Shown: piece by piece, positions 30,892 to 42,347 of the stretch
Layout: each line of letters starts with the position of its first letter
Numbering within the stretch: position 1 is the first letter of the stretch
Assembly: GCA_963841435.1 (NCBI GenBank)
Contig: CAWJCS010000005.1
Location: 1,408,001-1,472,000 of the forward strand
Source of the DNA: an uncultured delta proteobacterium
GTDB lineage: Bacteria > Myxococcota_A > Polyangia > Polyangiales > Polyangiaceae
Direction: 5' to 3'
Length of the DNA: 64,000 bases
Position numbers and translations under genes: made by a program
Notes under the pieces: model-generated
Told to the model about the DNA's origin: nothing
Database searches by the model: none
What the model saw: only the letters and a program-made list of their open reading frames with translations

Positions 30892-32203
30892 TCAGCCGCC
30901 GAGCAGCGGAGGATCAACCCGTCCGATGCGCTGCACGAGGTACGCGACGCCGGCCAGAATCCACAGGAACTGGGCCACCTGGTCAACACGCGGTCGCGCT
31001 CCACGGATGCTGCGAGCCACCAGCATCACGAGCAGCGGAACCTCGTAGTATTTTTGGTAGCACATGCGCACGCTCGCAAACGAGAGCCCGAACAGCACGA
31101 CGTACGCCACGTAGACAACGTCGCGCTCGACGACGCCCTCCCAGAACGTCGGAAAGCCCCACGGCGAGCAACCCCACGAGCAGCGTGCTCGCGCCGAATA
31201 GCTCGGGGAACCGGTCGCTGATGAACCAGATGAACCCGCCGTCGGTGAACAGCGACTCGTGGCGCAAGCCGCTCACGATGCCCACGAAAAGCGCGACGGG
31301 AGCCACCACGGCGAGCCGCCGCGGCGCGCAGAGCCGTGGCAATCGCGAAGGGCCCACCACCAGCAGGTACAGGCCGAGCAGCGCGAAAGAGAACGCGATG
31401 GCCTTCGCGTTGAGGCCACGCGCTTGGTTCACGTCGTGCCAGTTTTGCGGCACGAAGCCACCCCATACGACGAAGAACGGCAGGCACGCCGCGATCGGCA
31501 AGAGGAAGGGCAGCGCCGTTCGGACGGGAAAGCCCGAAAGCCCACCGGCCAGGCGCCCGCCGCTCGCGAGGCGCGGCGCCCAGAAGTCGCGCGTCGCGGC
31601 GAGGGCCAAGAACGGACAGGCCCAAAGCCAGCTTTGCCGGGTCAATGCCGCGAGCGAGAGCAAGACCGCCGCGACGAGCGGCGACCGGGGGCCACGCGAC
31701 CCGGGCAGGAGCCAAGGACGCGCGGCCAGCCAGAACCAGAGGTACGAGTAGTTCTCCGTCAAGAGCACGAAGCCACGCGCCGCCATGTACGGCGACGCGA
31801 CCACGGTCCCCGTGCCGAGCCATGCCACGACGCGTCCGCCCGCGCGCCTGAGATCCGCGAAGACGATCGCCGAGAAGACGAGCACGATCGAAAGGTTCGC
31901 GAGGCGCAGCACCCAGCGGCTCGCGCCGAGCGCATCGAGCGGCGCGAGCGTCAGGTGGAAAAACGGCGTCGTCGCGGACGAGTAAGCCTTGCCGTCGACC
32001 GGGAAGCGCCCCTCGGCATATTCGTGAATCAGGCCGTAGTGGAGGCGTTCGTCCGTGTAATGAAGAACCTGCAGGGGCTCGCCGCGCGACCACGTGTAAA
32101 AGAAGATCGGCAGGAGGACCGCGGCGACCGCGGCGGCAAAGAGCAGGGTCTCGCGCTCCGGCCAAAGCGACGCTTCTACCCGCGGCGTAACGAGCGCGCT
32201 CAT
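30892..32203 (-). CDS. GT-C-like polytopic membrane protein; frameshift at about 31150
   Basis: YTDERLH and TTP in the first loop, LR..N, LTEN, RQ; C-terminus (YQKYYE) continues in ORF 30892..31110. Confidence 0.55.
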
Positions 32204-32286
32204 GCTCGGGAGGTTACTCGTCTCGGAGCGAAACGAAGAGCCTTGCGGTCGAGCGGTAACCCGCCTACGAGGTGGCTTTACGCGTC

Positions 32287-33156
32287 ATGAAGGGCATCAT
32301 CCTCGCTGGCGGGAGCGGCACTCGCCTCTATCCCTTGACCCGGGTCGTGTCGAAGCAGCTTCTGCCCGTCTACGACAAGCCCATGATTTACTACCCACTC
32401 TCGGTGCTTCTGCTCGCCGGGATCCGGGACATCCTCGTGATCTCGACGCCCACCGATCTGCCGCTCTTCCAGCGGCTGCTCGGCAGCGGTGCCGACCTCG
32501 GCGTGAGCTTCAGCTACGCCGAGCAACCCCAGCCCAACGGGCTCGCGGAGGCGTTCATCATCGGGCGATCGTTCGTCGGGTCGAGCCCGGCAAGCTTGAT
32601 CCTCGGCGACAACATCTTCCACGGCGCGGGCCTCTCGTTGCTCTTGCGCGAGGCGCGCGCCGCCATCGACGGTTGCGTGCTCTTCGGATACCGCGTGGAC
32701 GATCCCGAGCGCTACGGCGTTGCCGAGCTCGACGCGAAGGGCAACGTCCTCACGATCGAGGAGAAGCCGAAGCAGCCGAAATCCGAGATCGCCGTCACTG
32801 GCCTCTATTTTTACGACAACGACGTGTGCGATATCGCGCGTACCCTCAAGCCTTCGGCACGGGGCGAGCTCGAGATCACCGATCTGAACAACGTGTACAT
32901 CGCGCGGGGCAAGGCGAAGCTCCGCGTCATGGCCCGCGGCATGACCTGGCTCGACACCGGCACGCCGGCGAGCCTGCTCGAAGCCGCGCAGTTCGTGCAC
33001 GTGCTCGAAGCGCGGCAGGGAACGCACATCGCGTGCCTCGAGGAGATCGCCTACCGGATGGGCTTCATCGACGCGGCCGGCCTCGAACGGGTCGCCACCA
33101 CGCACGGCAAGAGCCAGTACGGCGCCTACCTCCGCTCGCTGCTGCCACGGAGCTGA
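32287..33156 (+). CDS. rmlA: Glucose-1-phosphate thymidylyltransferase
   Basis: [46 protein letters not shown]. Confidence 0.96.
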   Translation: MKGIILAGGSGTRLYPLTRVVSKQLLPVYDKPMIYYPLSVLLLAGIRDILVISTPTDLPLFQRLLGSGADLGVSFSYAEQPQPNGLAEAFIIGRSFVGSSPASLILGDNIFHGAGLSLLLREARAAIDGCVLFGYRVDDPERYGVAELDAKGNVLTIEEKPKQPKSEIAVTGLYFYDNDVCDIARTLKPSARGELEITDLNNVYIARGKAKLRVMARGMTWLDTGTPASLLEAAQFVHVLEARQGTHIACLEEIAYRMGFIDAAGLERVATTHGKSQYGAYLRSLLPRS

Positions 33157-33166
33157 AGGGCGCCCC

Positions 33167-33724
33167 ATGCAGGTCGAAGCGCTGTCCTTGCCCGGGCTCG
33201 TCCTGATCCGTCCGCGCGTCTTCCGCGACGAACGAGGTTTCTTCCTGGAGAGCTACCACGCGCCTCGCTTTCACGCGGCGGGCATCGATTGCCAGTTCGT
33301 ACAGGACAACCATTCCCGCTCCGTGAAGGATACGCTGCGCGGCCTCCACTACCAGTCGTCGCCGGGGCAAGCGAAGCTCATGCGCGTGGCGAGCGGTCGC
33401 ATCTTCGACGTCGGCGTGGACATCCGCCCCGGCTCACCCACCTTCGGCAAGTGGGAGGGCGTGTACCTCGACGCCGAGGAGCACGCCCAGCTCTTCGTGC
33501 CCGTCGGTTTCGCACATGGATTTTGCGTCGTGAGCGACACCGCCAACGTCACCTACAAGGTGAGCAGCGTGTACGAGGCAACCACCGAGTGCACCCTGAG
33601 CTGGGACGACCCGGACATCGGCGTGCGCTGGCCGACGGCCACCCCGCTGCTTTCCGCACGTGATCAGCGGGGCGAGAGCTTTCGCGACTATGCCGCCCGA
33701 ATGGGGAGCCCCCTCGATGCGTAA
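33167..33724 (+). CDS. rmlC: dTDP-4-dehydrorhamnose 3,5-epimerase
   Basis: DERGFFLE, QDNHS.S, LRGLHYQ, GFAHGF. Confidence 0.95.
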   Translation: MQVEALSLPGLVLIRPRVFRDERGFFLESYHAPRFHAAGIDCQFVQDNHSRSVKDTLRGLHYQSSPGQAKLMRVASGRIFDVGVDIRPGSPTFGKWEGVYLDAEEHAQLFVPVGFAHGFCVVSDTANVTYKVSSVYEATTECTLSWDDPDIGVRWPTATPLLSARDQRGESFRDYAARMGSPLDA

Positions 33725-34766
33725 CCCGAAATCCCTCCTCGTTACCGGCGGCTGCGGCTTCATCGGCTCGGCGTTCGTGCGCCAGCTGTTCGGCGCGCTC
33801 GGCTTCGCGGGCCGCGTCGTGAACCTCGACCTTTTGACGTACGCCGGCAATCCCGACAACGTGAGCGGCGCCGTCAACCCCGCGCGCTACTTCTTCCAAA
33901 AGGGCGACATTGCGGACCAGGATCTCGTGGTCAAGCTCATCGAGGACCACGGCATCGACACCATCGTGAACTTCGCCGCCGAGTCCCACGTGGACCGCAG
34001 CATCGTCGCGCCGGGCTCGTTCATCGAGACCAACGTGGTCGGCACTTTCAAGCTGCTCGAGGCGGTGCGCAAGCAGCCGCAGGTCCACTTCCACCATGTC
34101 TCGACCGACGAGGTGTACGGCTCACTCGGCGCCACGGGCGCCTTCCGCGAAGACACGCCGTATCACCCGAACTCCCCCTATTCCGCCTCGAAGGCGGCAT
34201 CCGACCATCTCGTGCTCGCCTACGCCCACACCTACGGGCTCTCGGTCACGATCTCGAACTCTAGCAACAACTACGGCCCGTTCCAGTTCCCGGAAAAGCT
34301 CGTTCCGCTGATGATTTTGAAGCTTTTCGCGGGTGAGTCGCTGCCCGTGTACGGGGACGGGATGAACGTGCGCGACTGGCTCTACGTCGACGACCACGTG
34401 GAGGCGATCTGGACCATCCTCTGCCGCGGCCGTTCGAGCGAGACGTACAACGTCGGAGGCGAAGGCGAGCGCACGAACCTCGACGTGATTCGCGAGCTCA
34501 TCGACGTGGTGTCGCGGGAGACCGGCAAGCCGCGCGACGAATTCCAGAAGCTCGTCACCTTCGTGAAGGATCGGCCGGGCCACGACCAGCGCTACGCCAT
34601 CGACTTTTCGAAGCTCGAGAGCGAGCTCGGCTGGACGCCGCGCCATGACCTGGCCGCGGGGCTCGCGAGCACGGTGAGCTGGTACCGCGAGAACACCACC
34701 TGGCTCGAGCGCGTGCAGACCGGCGCCTATCGCGAGTGGCTGGCCAAGAACTACGACGGGCGCTGA
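33717..34766 (+). CDS. rmlB: dTDP-glucose 4,6-dehydratase
   Basis: TGGCGFIG, FAAESHVDRSI, STDEVYG, PYSASKA, NNYGP.QFPEK, DRPGHD.RY. Confidence 0.96.
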   Translation: MRNPKSLLVTGGCGFIGSAFVRQLFGALGFAGRVVNLDLLTYAGNPDNVSGAVNPARYFFQKGDIADQDLVVKLIEDHGIDTIVNFAAESHVDRSIVAPGSFIETNVVGTFKLLEAVRKQPQVHFHHVSTDEVYGSLGATGAFREDTPYHPNSPYSASKAASDHLVLAYAHTYGLSVTISNSSNNYGPFQFPEKLVPLMILKLFAGESLPVYGDGMNVRDWLYVDDHVEAIWTILCRGRSSETYNVGGEGERTNLDVIRELIDVVSRETGKPRDEFQKLVTFVKDRPGHDQRYAIDFSKLESELGWTPRHDLAAGLASTVSWYRENTTWLERVQTGAYREWLAKNYDGR

Positions 34767-34813
34767 GCGCGCGAGCCGGGCACCAGAGGACTGCGCGCCC
34801 GGAGGGTGCGCCC

Positions 34814-36625
<1,812 letters not shown>

Positions 36626-36640
<15 letters not shown>

Positions 36641-36686
36641 ACAGTTCGATCAGATTGTGCAAGGCGTCAAGGATCAAACTGTGCAA
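36626..36686. repeat. Three direct 15-bp repeats, GATCAAACTGTGCAA (candidate enhancer/UAS)
   Basis: Exact copies at 36626-36640 and 36672-36686; GATCAGATTGTGCAA at 36648-36662. Confidence 0.85.
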
Positions 36687-36791
36687 CCCGTGCCAGTCCT
36701 CGTTGACCGTATTTCCAGGTTCCTAGATAAACTCATTGGAATCAACGCCCTGCTGGAATTAGGCCGGCCAGTCGTATGCCACTAACCCACG

Positions 36792-36807
36792 TGGTATGGA
36801 ACCTGCT
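36792..36807 (+). promoter_or_regulatory. Candidate sigma54 -24/-12 promoter
   Basis: TGGTATGGAACCTGCT has correct GG-N10-GC spacing; lies 65 nt upstream of ATG 36872 and divergent from an enhancer-binding protein gene. Confidence 0.6.
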
Positions 36808-36871
36808 ACTCAACGTCGCGTGCCGCCCAGAGGCACAGATTCGAAAGATTCGAAAGGAAGAGCGAGAAGCG

Positions 36872-37111
36872 ATGCAGGCAGTTAAGGGCATGGTTCAAGT
36901 CGATGGCGTCACCTACCGGATCGTCCGGGTGGGAGCGGCCCGCTACGACGTGATCCGCGTCCTGGACGACGCCCGAGTGGGCTCGTTCCAGAGCGCGCCG
37001 ACTTTCGAGCTGAAGGCCGAGCGGATCGAGGAACCGACGCTGCGCGAGGTCGCGCGAACCGCCATCCAGCGCGCCAAGACGAGCTGGGTCGGCCGGCTCG
37101 TGCTCGCTTGA
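36872..37111 (+). CDS. Small hypothetical protein (79 aa), paralog 2
   Basis: Same length as, and 42/79 identical to, 24433..24672; purine-rich sequence upstream. Confidence 0.85.
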   Translation: MQAVKGMVQVDGVTYRIVRVGAARYDVIRVLDDARVGSFQSAPTFELKAERIEEPTLREVARTAIQRAKTSWVGRLVLA

Positions 37112-37195
37112 GACGGCGGGCCCTCGGGGTTCCGCCGAGGCTGTTCGGGGGAGCGCGGCTCTGCCGCGCTGGGGCGAAAAGGTTTGCCCCGTGGA

Positions 37196-38305
37196 TCAAC
37201 GCGGCGTGAGCGTGGCGACGCGCTCGGCAAGCGCGAGCGCCGCCGTGAGTCCCGGCGACTCGATGCCATAGAGCGCCACGAGGCCGGGAACGCCGTGCGC
37301 GTCGGGGCCCTCGATGACGAAATCCTGCACGGGGCTCCCCGCCGGTCCGAGCTTCGCCCGGATGCCCGTGTACCCGGGCTCGAGCTGGCCGTCGCGGAGC
37401 GCCGGGTAGTACCGGCGAATGCTGTCGTAGAACGCGGGCGCGCGCGCTTCGTCGAACGCGTAGTCAACCGCGTCGACCCACGACACATCTGGGCCGAAGC
37501 GCGCGACGTTTGCGAGATCCAGTGTCACGTGCACGCCGAGGCCTCCCGAAACGGGGACGGGGTAGACCAGATGCCGAAACGGTGAGCGTCCGCCGAGCAC
37601 GAAGTAGTGGCCTTTGGCGTAGTGGGCTATCGGCACGCCCGCGTCGTCGCCCGCGATCGAGCGCGAAACACCGGGCGCGAACAGACCGGCCGCGTTGACC
37701 ACCGCGCGGCAGCGAACCTCCACCGGATCCACGCCGCCGAGTGACAAGCACAGACCCGCTCGGTCGGGCGTGCCCCCGAGGACGGGCGTCGAAAGCAGCA
37801 CGTGCGCGCCCGCCTCGACGGCCTCGCGCCGCAATGACTGCATGAACGCGTCGCTATCGACGATGCCCGTAGAGGGCGACAGAAAGCCGCGCACCGCGGC
37901 GACCTCCGGCTCGAGCGCCCGCACCTCGGCGGCGTCGAGCCACGTCAGGTCGTCGACGCCGTTCGCGCGCGCCTGCACGACGATACGCTCGAGCGTGGGG
38001 ATCTCTTCGTCCCGGGCCGCCACCACCAGCTTGCCGACGCGGCGATGCGGGACGCCGTGCTCCCTGGCGTACTCGTAGAGCGCTCGGCGACCGGCGACGC
38101 AAAGCTCCGCCTTGAGCGAGCCGGTCGGATAGTAGAGGCCCGCGTGGATCACCTCCGAGTTGCGCGAGCTCGCGTGCGCACCGACCACGGGCTCGCGTTC
38201 CACCACGACGACCTCGCGGCCGCCCCGCGCGAGCGCGCGAGCGACGGCGAGCCCGACGACCCCGGCGCCGACGACCACGGCGTCGAGCTCGAGCTCAGGG
38301 TGCAT
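37196..38305 (-). CDS. FAD-dependent oxidoreductase, L-2-hydroxyglutarate oxidase-like
   Basis: VGAGVVG, SSRNSEVIHAGLYY, SPSTGIVD, GLGVHVTLD, GIESPGLT. Confidence 0.88.
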   Translation of the reverse strand: MHPELELDAVVVGAGVVGLAVARALARGGREVVVVEREPVVGAHASSRNSEVIHAGLYYPTGSLKAELCVAGRRALYEYAREHGVPHRRVGKLVVAARDEEIPTLERIVVQARANGVDDLTWLDAAEVRALEPEVAAVRGFLSPSTGIVDSDAFMQSLRREAVEAGAHVLLSTPVLGGTPDRAGLCLSLGGVDPVEVRCRAVVNAAGLFAPGVSRSIAGDDAGVPIAHYAKGHYFVLGGRSPFRHLVYPVPVSGGLGVHVTLDLANVARFGPDVSWVDAVDYAFDEARAPAFYDSIRRYYPALRDGQLEPGYTGIRAKLGPAGSPVQDFVIEGPDAHGVPGLVALYGIESPGLTAALALAERVATLTPR

Positions 38306-38323
38306 GGCGCCCTCGCCCGGCGG

Positions 38324-38636
38324 TCATTCGAACGAGCACAGGTACTCGGTGATCCCTTCGGCAACCTCGATATCGAATCCCGAGCTCGGCGGGACGTTCG
38401 AACGAGGCCCCCTGCGGAACCTCGCGCCACGTATCACTGCCAGAAAGCCGCACGCGACACCTTCCGGCAACGATCTGCATGCGCTCCGCGCGGTCGGTAT
38501 CGAAGTGGAAGGAGCCCGGGTAGATGAGCCCGAGCGTCTTTCGCTGGCCGTCCGAAAGGAGCAGCGTGTGGGAGACCACCTTACCTTCGAAGTAGACGTT
38601 GGCCTTGGCGAGGGCGGTAACGTTCTCGAGCTTCAT
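38324..38636 (-). CDS. ppnP: Pyrimidine/purine nucleoside phosphorylase (DUF1255); frameshift at about 38398
   Basis: KANVYFEGKVVSH, KTLGLIYPG; removing one A gives FDVPPSSGFDIEVAEGITEYLCSFE-stop, 103 aa. Confidence 0.85.
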
Positions 38637-38726
38637 GAAGGGCGTGCTACTCGCGGGTATGCCGAAAGACAAGACCGAGGCGGCGGCTCGATATTTGTTC
38701 GGCCCTGTGCCATAGTCGATGAAGTA

Positions 38727-39677
38727 ATGACGGGTGGCCGCAAGCGTTACCGCGTGCTGATGGTCGAGGACAGCCGCGTCAGCCTCGAGGTATACGCGCA
38801 GCGTCTCGAGCGTCGGGGCTACATCGTGGCCACGGCAATTTCGGCGGAAGAGGCACGTGCGGAGCTCGAGAACGGCATCCCTGATCTCGTGCTGCTCGAC
38901 GTCTTCATGCCGAAGGTGAGTGGGTTCGACTTCTTGCGTGAGCTGCGCAGCGCCCCTCGCACCGCCACGGTCCCCATCATCCTCATTTCGGCGCTCTCGG
39001 ACACTCAGCACATCGTCGAAGGGCTCGAGCTCGGCGCAAACGACTACGTCACGAAGCCGATCGTCATGCCCATCCTTACGGCGCGCATGGAAGCGCTCCT
39101 GCGCGCGAGTGAGCTCGTGCGGCGCCTCGAGGTGCAGACCGAGCTCCTGTCGAAGCTCGCGGCGTTCGACGACCTCACGGGGGTCTACAACCGCCGCTCG
39201 ATGTTCCACCACCTCGAGGCCGAGCTCAGCCGCTGCCGGCGCTACGGGCGAAGCCTCGCCGTCTTGATGGTGGATATCGATCATTTCAAGAAGGTCAACG
39301 ATCAGCACGGGCACCTGATTGGTGATCAGGCACTGCGTTGGGTGGCCACGACGCTGCAGAACGAGCTTCGTTCGATGGACTTCCTGTGTCGCTACGGCGG
39401 CGAGGAATTCTGCGCCATCCTGCCGGAGACCAATCAACCGGGAGCGGCGCGTGCCGCCGAGCGGTTGCGCGCCTCACTCGATCGGCAAGCGTTCGCGACC
39501 GATGACGTGAGCCTCGGCATCACGGTGTCGGTAGGCGGCGCGAGCTGGACGCCGATTGCCAAGGAAGAGGTCCCAGACCTTCTCGCGCGCGCCGACCGCG
39601 CCCTTCTGGACGCCAAGCGCTCCGGAAGGAACCGGGTACAGATCGCCAACGACGAGCAGACGATCTCCGCGAGCTGA
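38727..39677 (+). CDS. Response regulator diguanylate cyclase (REC-GGDEF)
   Basis: VEDS..LLDVFMP..DYVTKP; D.LTG.YNRR, DIDHFKKVND.HGH, RSMD (I-site) then GGEEF, AKRSGRNR. Confidence 0.93.
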   Translation: MTGGRKRYRVLMVEDSRVSLEVYAQRLERRGYIVATAISAEEARAELENGIPDLVLLDVFMPKVSGFDFLRELRSAPRTATVPIILISALSDTQHIVEGLELGANDYVTKPIVMPILTARMEALLRASELVRRLEVQTELLSKLAAFDDLTGVYNRRSMFHHLEAELSRCRRYGRSLAVLMVDIDHFKKVNDQHGHLIGDQALRWVATTLQNELRSMDFLCRYGGEEFCAILPETNQPGAARAAERLRASLDRQAFATDDVSLGITVSVGGASWTPIAKEEVPDLLARADRALLDAKRSGRNRVQIANDEQTISAS

Positions 39678-39681
39678 GGCT

Positions 39682-40872
39682 TCAGCGGCTCTGGTCGGTC
39701 GGCTCGACGCACTCGACGAGGTCGAGTCCGTAGCCGTGTAGGGCGGGGATGCGCCTGGGATGGCTCGTGAGCAGGCGGATCTGCCGCACGCCGAGCTCGC
39801 GGAGCACCTGGGCGCCGAGCCCGTATTCGCGCAGCGTGCCACCGCGAGGGCGACCCGTGGCCTCGGCGGCCGTCACCGAAAACGGCGCGGCATCATCGGG
39901 CGTGACGAGCTCCTGGCCCGGCGCGTCGTCGGGCGGCAGGTAGACGACGACACCGACGCCGTCTCGCTCGATGGCGTCGAGGGACGCTTCGAGCATGCGA
40001 CCGCCGGCGCCGAGCGAGGAGCTGAACACGTCCGCGAGCAGCGAGCCGCGGTGCATGCGGCACAGAGTGGGCCGAGCCGGCGAGGGGCTCCCCTTGACGA
40101 AGGCCATGAGCCGCCGCCCGTCGAGCTCCGACTCGAAAAGCAGTGCGCGCCAGGGCGTGCCCGTGTGATCGAGCACCATTTCTCGCTCGCCGAGGAGGCG
40201 CACCAGGCGCTCGGTCTGGAGGCGATGGGCGATGAGGTCGGCGACGGTGAGGATGCGCAGACCGTGGCGTTCGGCGAACGCCTCGAGATCGGGAAGGCGC
40301 GCCATTTCGCCGTCATCACGGATGATCTCGCAGATGACGCCAGCGGGATTGAGACCGGACAGACGGGCGAGATCGACGGACCCTTCGGTCTGGCCGGCGC
40401 GCACGAGCACGCCGCCGCGGCGCGCCTGAAGCGGGAACACGTGGCCGGGAACCACGAGGTCCTCGGGGCGCGCCGCGGGGTTGGCGGCCACGCGGATGGT
40501 GTGAGCACGGTCGGCCGCGCTGATGCCCGTCGTGACGCCTTCGCGCGCCTCGATGCTCACCGTGAAGGCCGTGCCGAGCCGCGGACCGTGGCGCCCGGGC
40601 GCCCCCATCATCGGCAGATCGAGACGCTTGACCTGCTCTTCGGTGAGCGTGAGGCACACGAGCCCCCGCCCGTGTACCACCATGAAGTTGACGGCCTCCG
40701 GTGTCACCAAATCCGCAGCGAGACACAGATCGCCCTCGTTCTCGCGATCCTCGTCGTCGACGAGGATGACGAGCTTGCCGGCGCGCACGTCGGCAAGTGC
40801 TTCCTCGACGCGCCGCTTCTGCTGCGCGAGGGGCGCGCTGTCGGCGGGGGGCAACGGCACCTGCTCGCTCAC
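39682..40872 (-). CDS. ribB: 3,4-dihydroxy-2-butanone-4-phosphate synthase fused to a degenerate GTP cyclohydrolase II-like domain
   Basis: DDEDRENEGD, TAFTVSI, TTGISAADR, PGHVFPL, GQTEGSVDL; C-terminal YGLGAQVLRELG. Confidence 0.9.
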   Translation of the reverse strand: MSEQVPLPPADSAPLAQQKRRVEEALADVRAGKLVILVDDEDRENEGDLCLAADLVTPEAVNFMVVHGRGLVCLTLTEEQVKRLDLPMMGAPGRHGPRLGTAFTVSIEAREGVTTGISAADRAHTIRVAANPAARPEDLVVPGHVFPLQARRGGVLVRAGQTEGSVDLARLSGLNPAGVICEIIRDDGEMARLPDLEAFAERHGLRILTVADLIAHRLQTERLVRLLGEREMVLDHTGTPWRALLFESELDGRRLMAFVKGSPSPARPTLCRMHRGSLLADVFSSSLGAGGRMLEASLDAIERDGVGVVVYLPPDDAPGQELVTPDDAAPFSVTAAEATGRPRGGTLREYGLGAQVLRELGVRQIRLLTSHPRRIPALHGYGLDLVECVEPTDQSR

Positions 40873-41459
40873 GAAGCCTCCACCTGACGCAGCCGCTCCA
40901 CGTAGCGCGCCACCAGATCGACCTCGAGATTTACATCCATTCCCGACTCGAGGTCGCCGAAGGTCGTCATGGTGAGTGTGTGCGGAATCAGGAGCACGGA
41001 AAATCGAGCGCCGTCCACGGCGTTGACCGTCAGGGAAACCCCGTCGAGCGACACGGAGCCTTTTTCGGCGACGTAGCGCGCGAGGGCGGAGGGACACTCG
41101 AGCGCGACGCGGCGCATCTCACCCAAGTCTTCCATCGACACGACGGTCGCCCGGCCGTCGACGTGACCCGTTACGAGGTGCCCGCCGAGGCGTGAGCCGA
41201 GCGCGGCGGCGCGCTCCAGGTTGACGCGCGCACCGACGGCGAGGCGGCCGAGCGTGGTCCGCTCGAGGGTCTCGGGGGAGAGATCGGCCTCGAACGCGTC
41301 CTCGGTCGGAGTGACGGCGGTGACGCAGGCGCCGTTCACGCTCACCGATTCGCCCTCGACGAGCCCGGTGAAGGGCACTTGCACACATAGACGTACACCC
41401 GCGCCGCGGGGCTTCAGGCCGCGCACGCGGCCCGTGCCTTCCACGAGCCCGGTGAACAT
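40869..41459 (-). CDS. ribE: Riboflavin synthase
   Basis: MFTGLVE, SVSVNGAC.T, VNLERA, GGHLVTGHVD, KGSVSLDGVSLTVN, VNLEVD. Confidence 0.95.
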   Translation of the reverse strand: MFTGLVEGTGRVRGLKPRGAGVRLCVQVPFTGLVEGESVSVNGACVTAVTPTEDAFEADLSPETLERTTLGRLAVGARVNLERAAALGSRLGGHLVTGHVDGRATVVSMEDLGEMRRVALECPSALARYVAEKGSVSLDGVSLTVNAVDGARFSVLLIPHTLTMTTFGDLESGMDVNLEVDLVARYVERLRQVEAS

Positions 41460-41574
41460 GGCCTTATCTGATAGCACGTGGGAAAAACGCCGCTCGTGTG
41501 TCGAAACGGCGCGATGAATTCGTAGCAAAGACGATACTTGCAAGGCGCTCCGTGCGGGTTGACGATGCTCGACA

Positions 41575-42165
41575 ATGCAAGAAAGAGCGGCCCGGCCGCC
41601 GAGCTTGCTGCGACGCGCGCTTTGCGCGGCCGGATGGGCCGTGCTCTCGACAGCGGCGTGCGGGCCCAGCCTGACCACCGTTCACGAGGGGACGATCCGC
41701 TTCGAACATTGCTACCGGCTCGATCTCGAGCCGGGCGCGAACGCGGCGCAAAGGACGGGCTGCTGGAAGCTCTGGCTCGCTTCGTATACCTACGGGCAGC
41801 AGCGCGATCGCATCGACCACGCTCGACAACGCCTGACCGCGCTCTCAGGCGGCGACGTGGCGCACGCCGAGCTCAGGGTCGCGGGCGATCCGAGGCCTGA
41901 GGAACGCCAGTTTTACCTCGTAGTTCCGGGCCCCACGAGCGTGCACGCTACCCCTCCTCCCATCGCCACCGTCCTCAGCCCCAGCGTCGCCGAAACGCGT
42001 GCTGCCGAAGCGGCCGGCCGCAATGCGCCCCCGTCCGAAAGCTGCGCCGGCAGCTGCCGGAGCGCGTGGCGTTCGTGCGACGCCTCGTGCAAAGAGGGCT
42101 CCGCGCTGGGGTGCGACGGCTGCAGAGCCGATTATTCGACCTGCATGCGCGGCTGCTTCGAGTGA
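41575..42165 (+). CDS. Cys-rich putative lipoprotein
   Basis: Hydrophobic N-terminus ending TAAC; C-terminal CxxxC repeats. Confidence 0.6.
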   Translation: MQERAARPPSLLRRALCAAGWAVLSTAACGPSLTTVHEGTIRFEHCYRLDLEPGANAAQRTGCWKLWLASYTYGQQRDRIDHARQRLTALSGGDVAHAELRVAGDPRPEERQFYLVVPGPTSVHATPPPIATVLSPSVAETRAAEAAGRNAPPSESCAGSCRSAWRSCDASCKEGSALGCDGCRADYSTCMRGCFE

Positions 42166-42347
42166 CATCGGTCGGGGCCGGCGTGGCCACGGGGACGCAG
42201 CGCCGTGGCCTCATCCCCGCGGGTGACGCCCGGACGGAGGCGTAACTCCAGGATTTTGCTGGATCGCTTGCCCGAGCATGCCGCTTGCTGAATCCCCAAT
42301 TTGTTGACGCCGCCGTCAAGGCAGCGCTACCGAAGGAAGGTCAACGC

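Noticed and set aside
36682-36695. Minus-strand TGGCACGGGTTGCA, resembling a sigma54 promoter for the activator gene
   Set aside because: GG-to-GC spacing is 8 nt, not the required 10
37113-37140. GC hairpin after 79-aa paralog 2
   Set aside because: Could be a terminator but lacks a U-tract; not supportable
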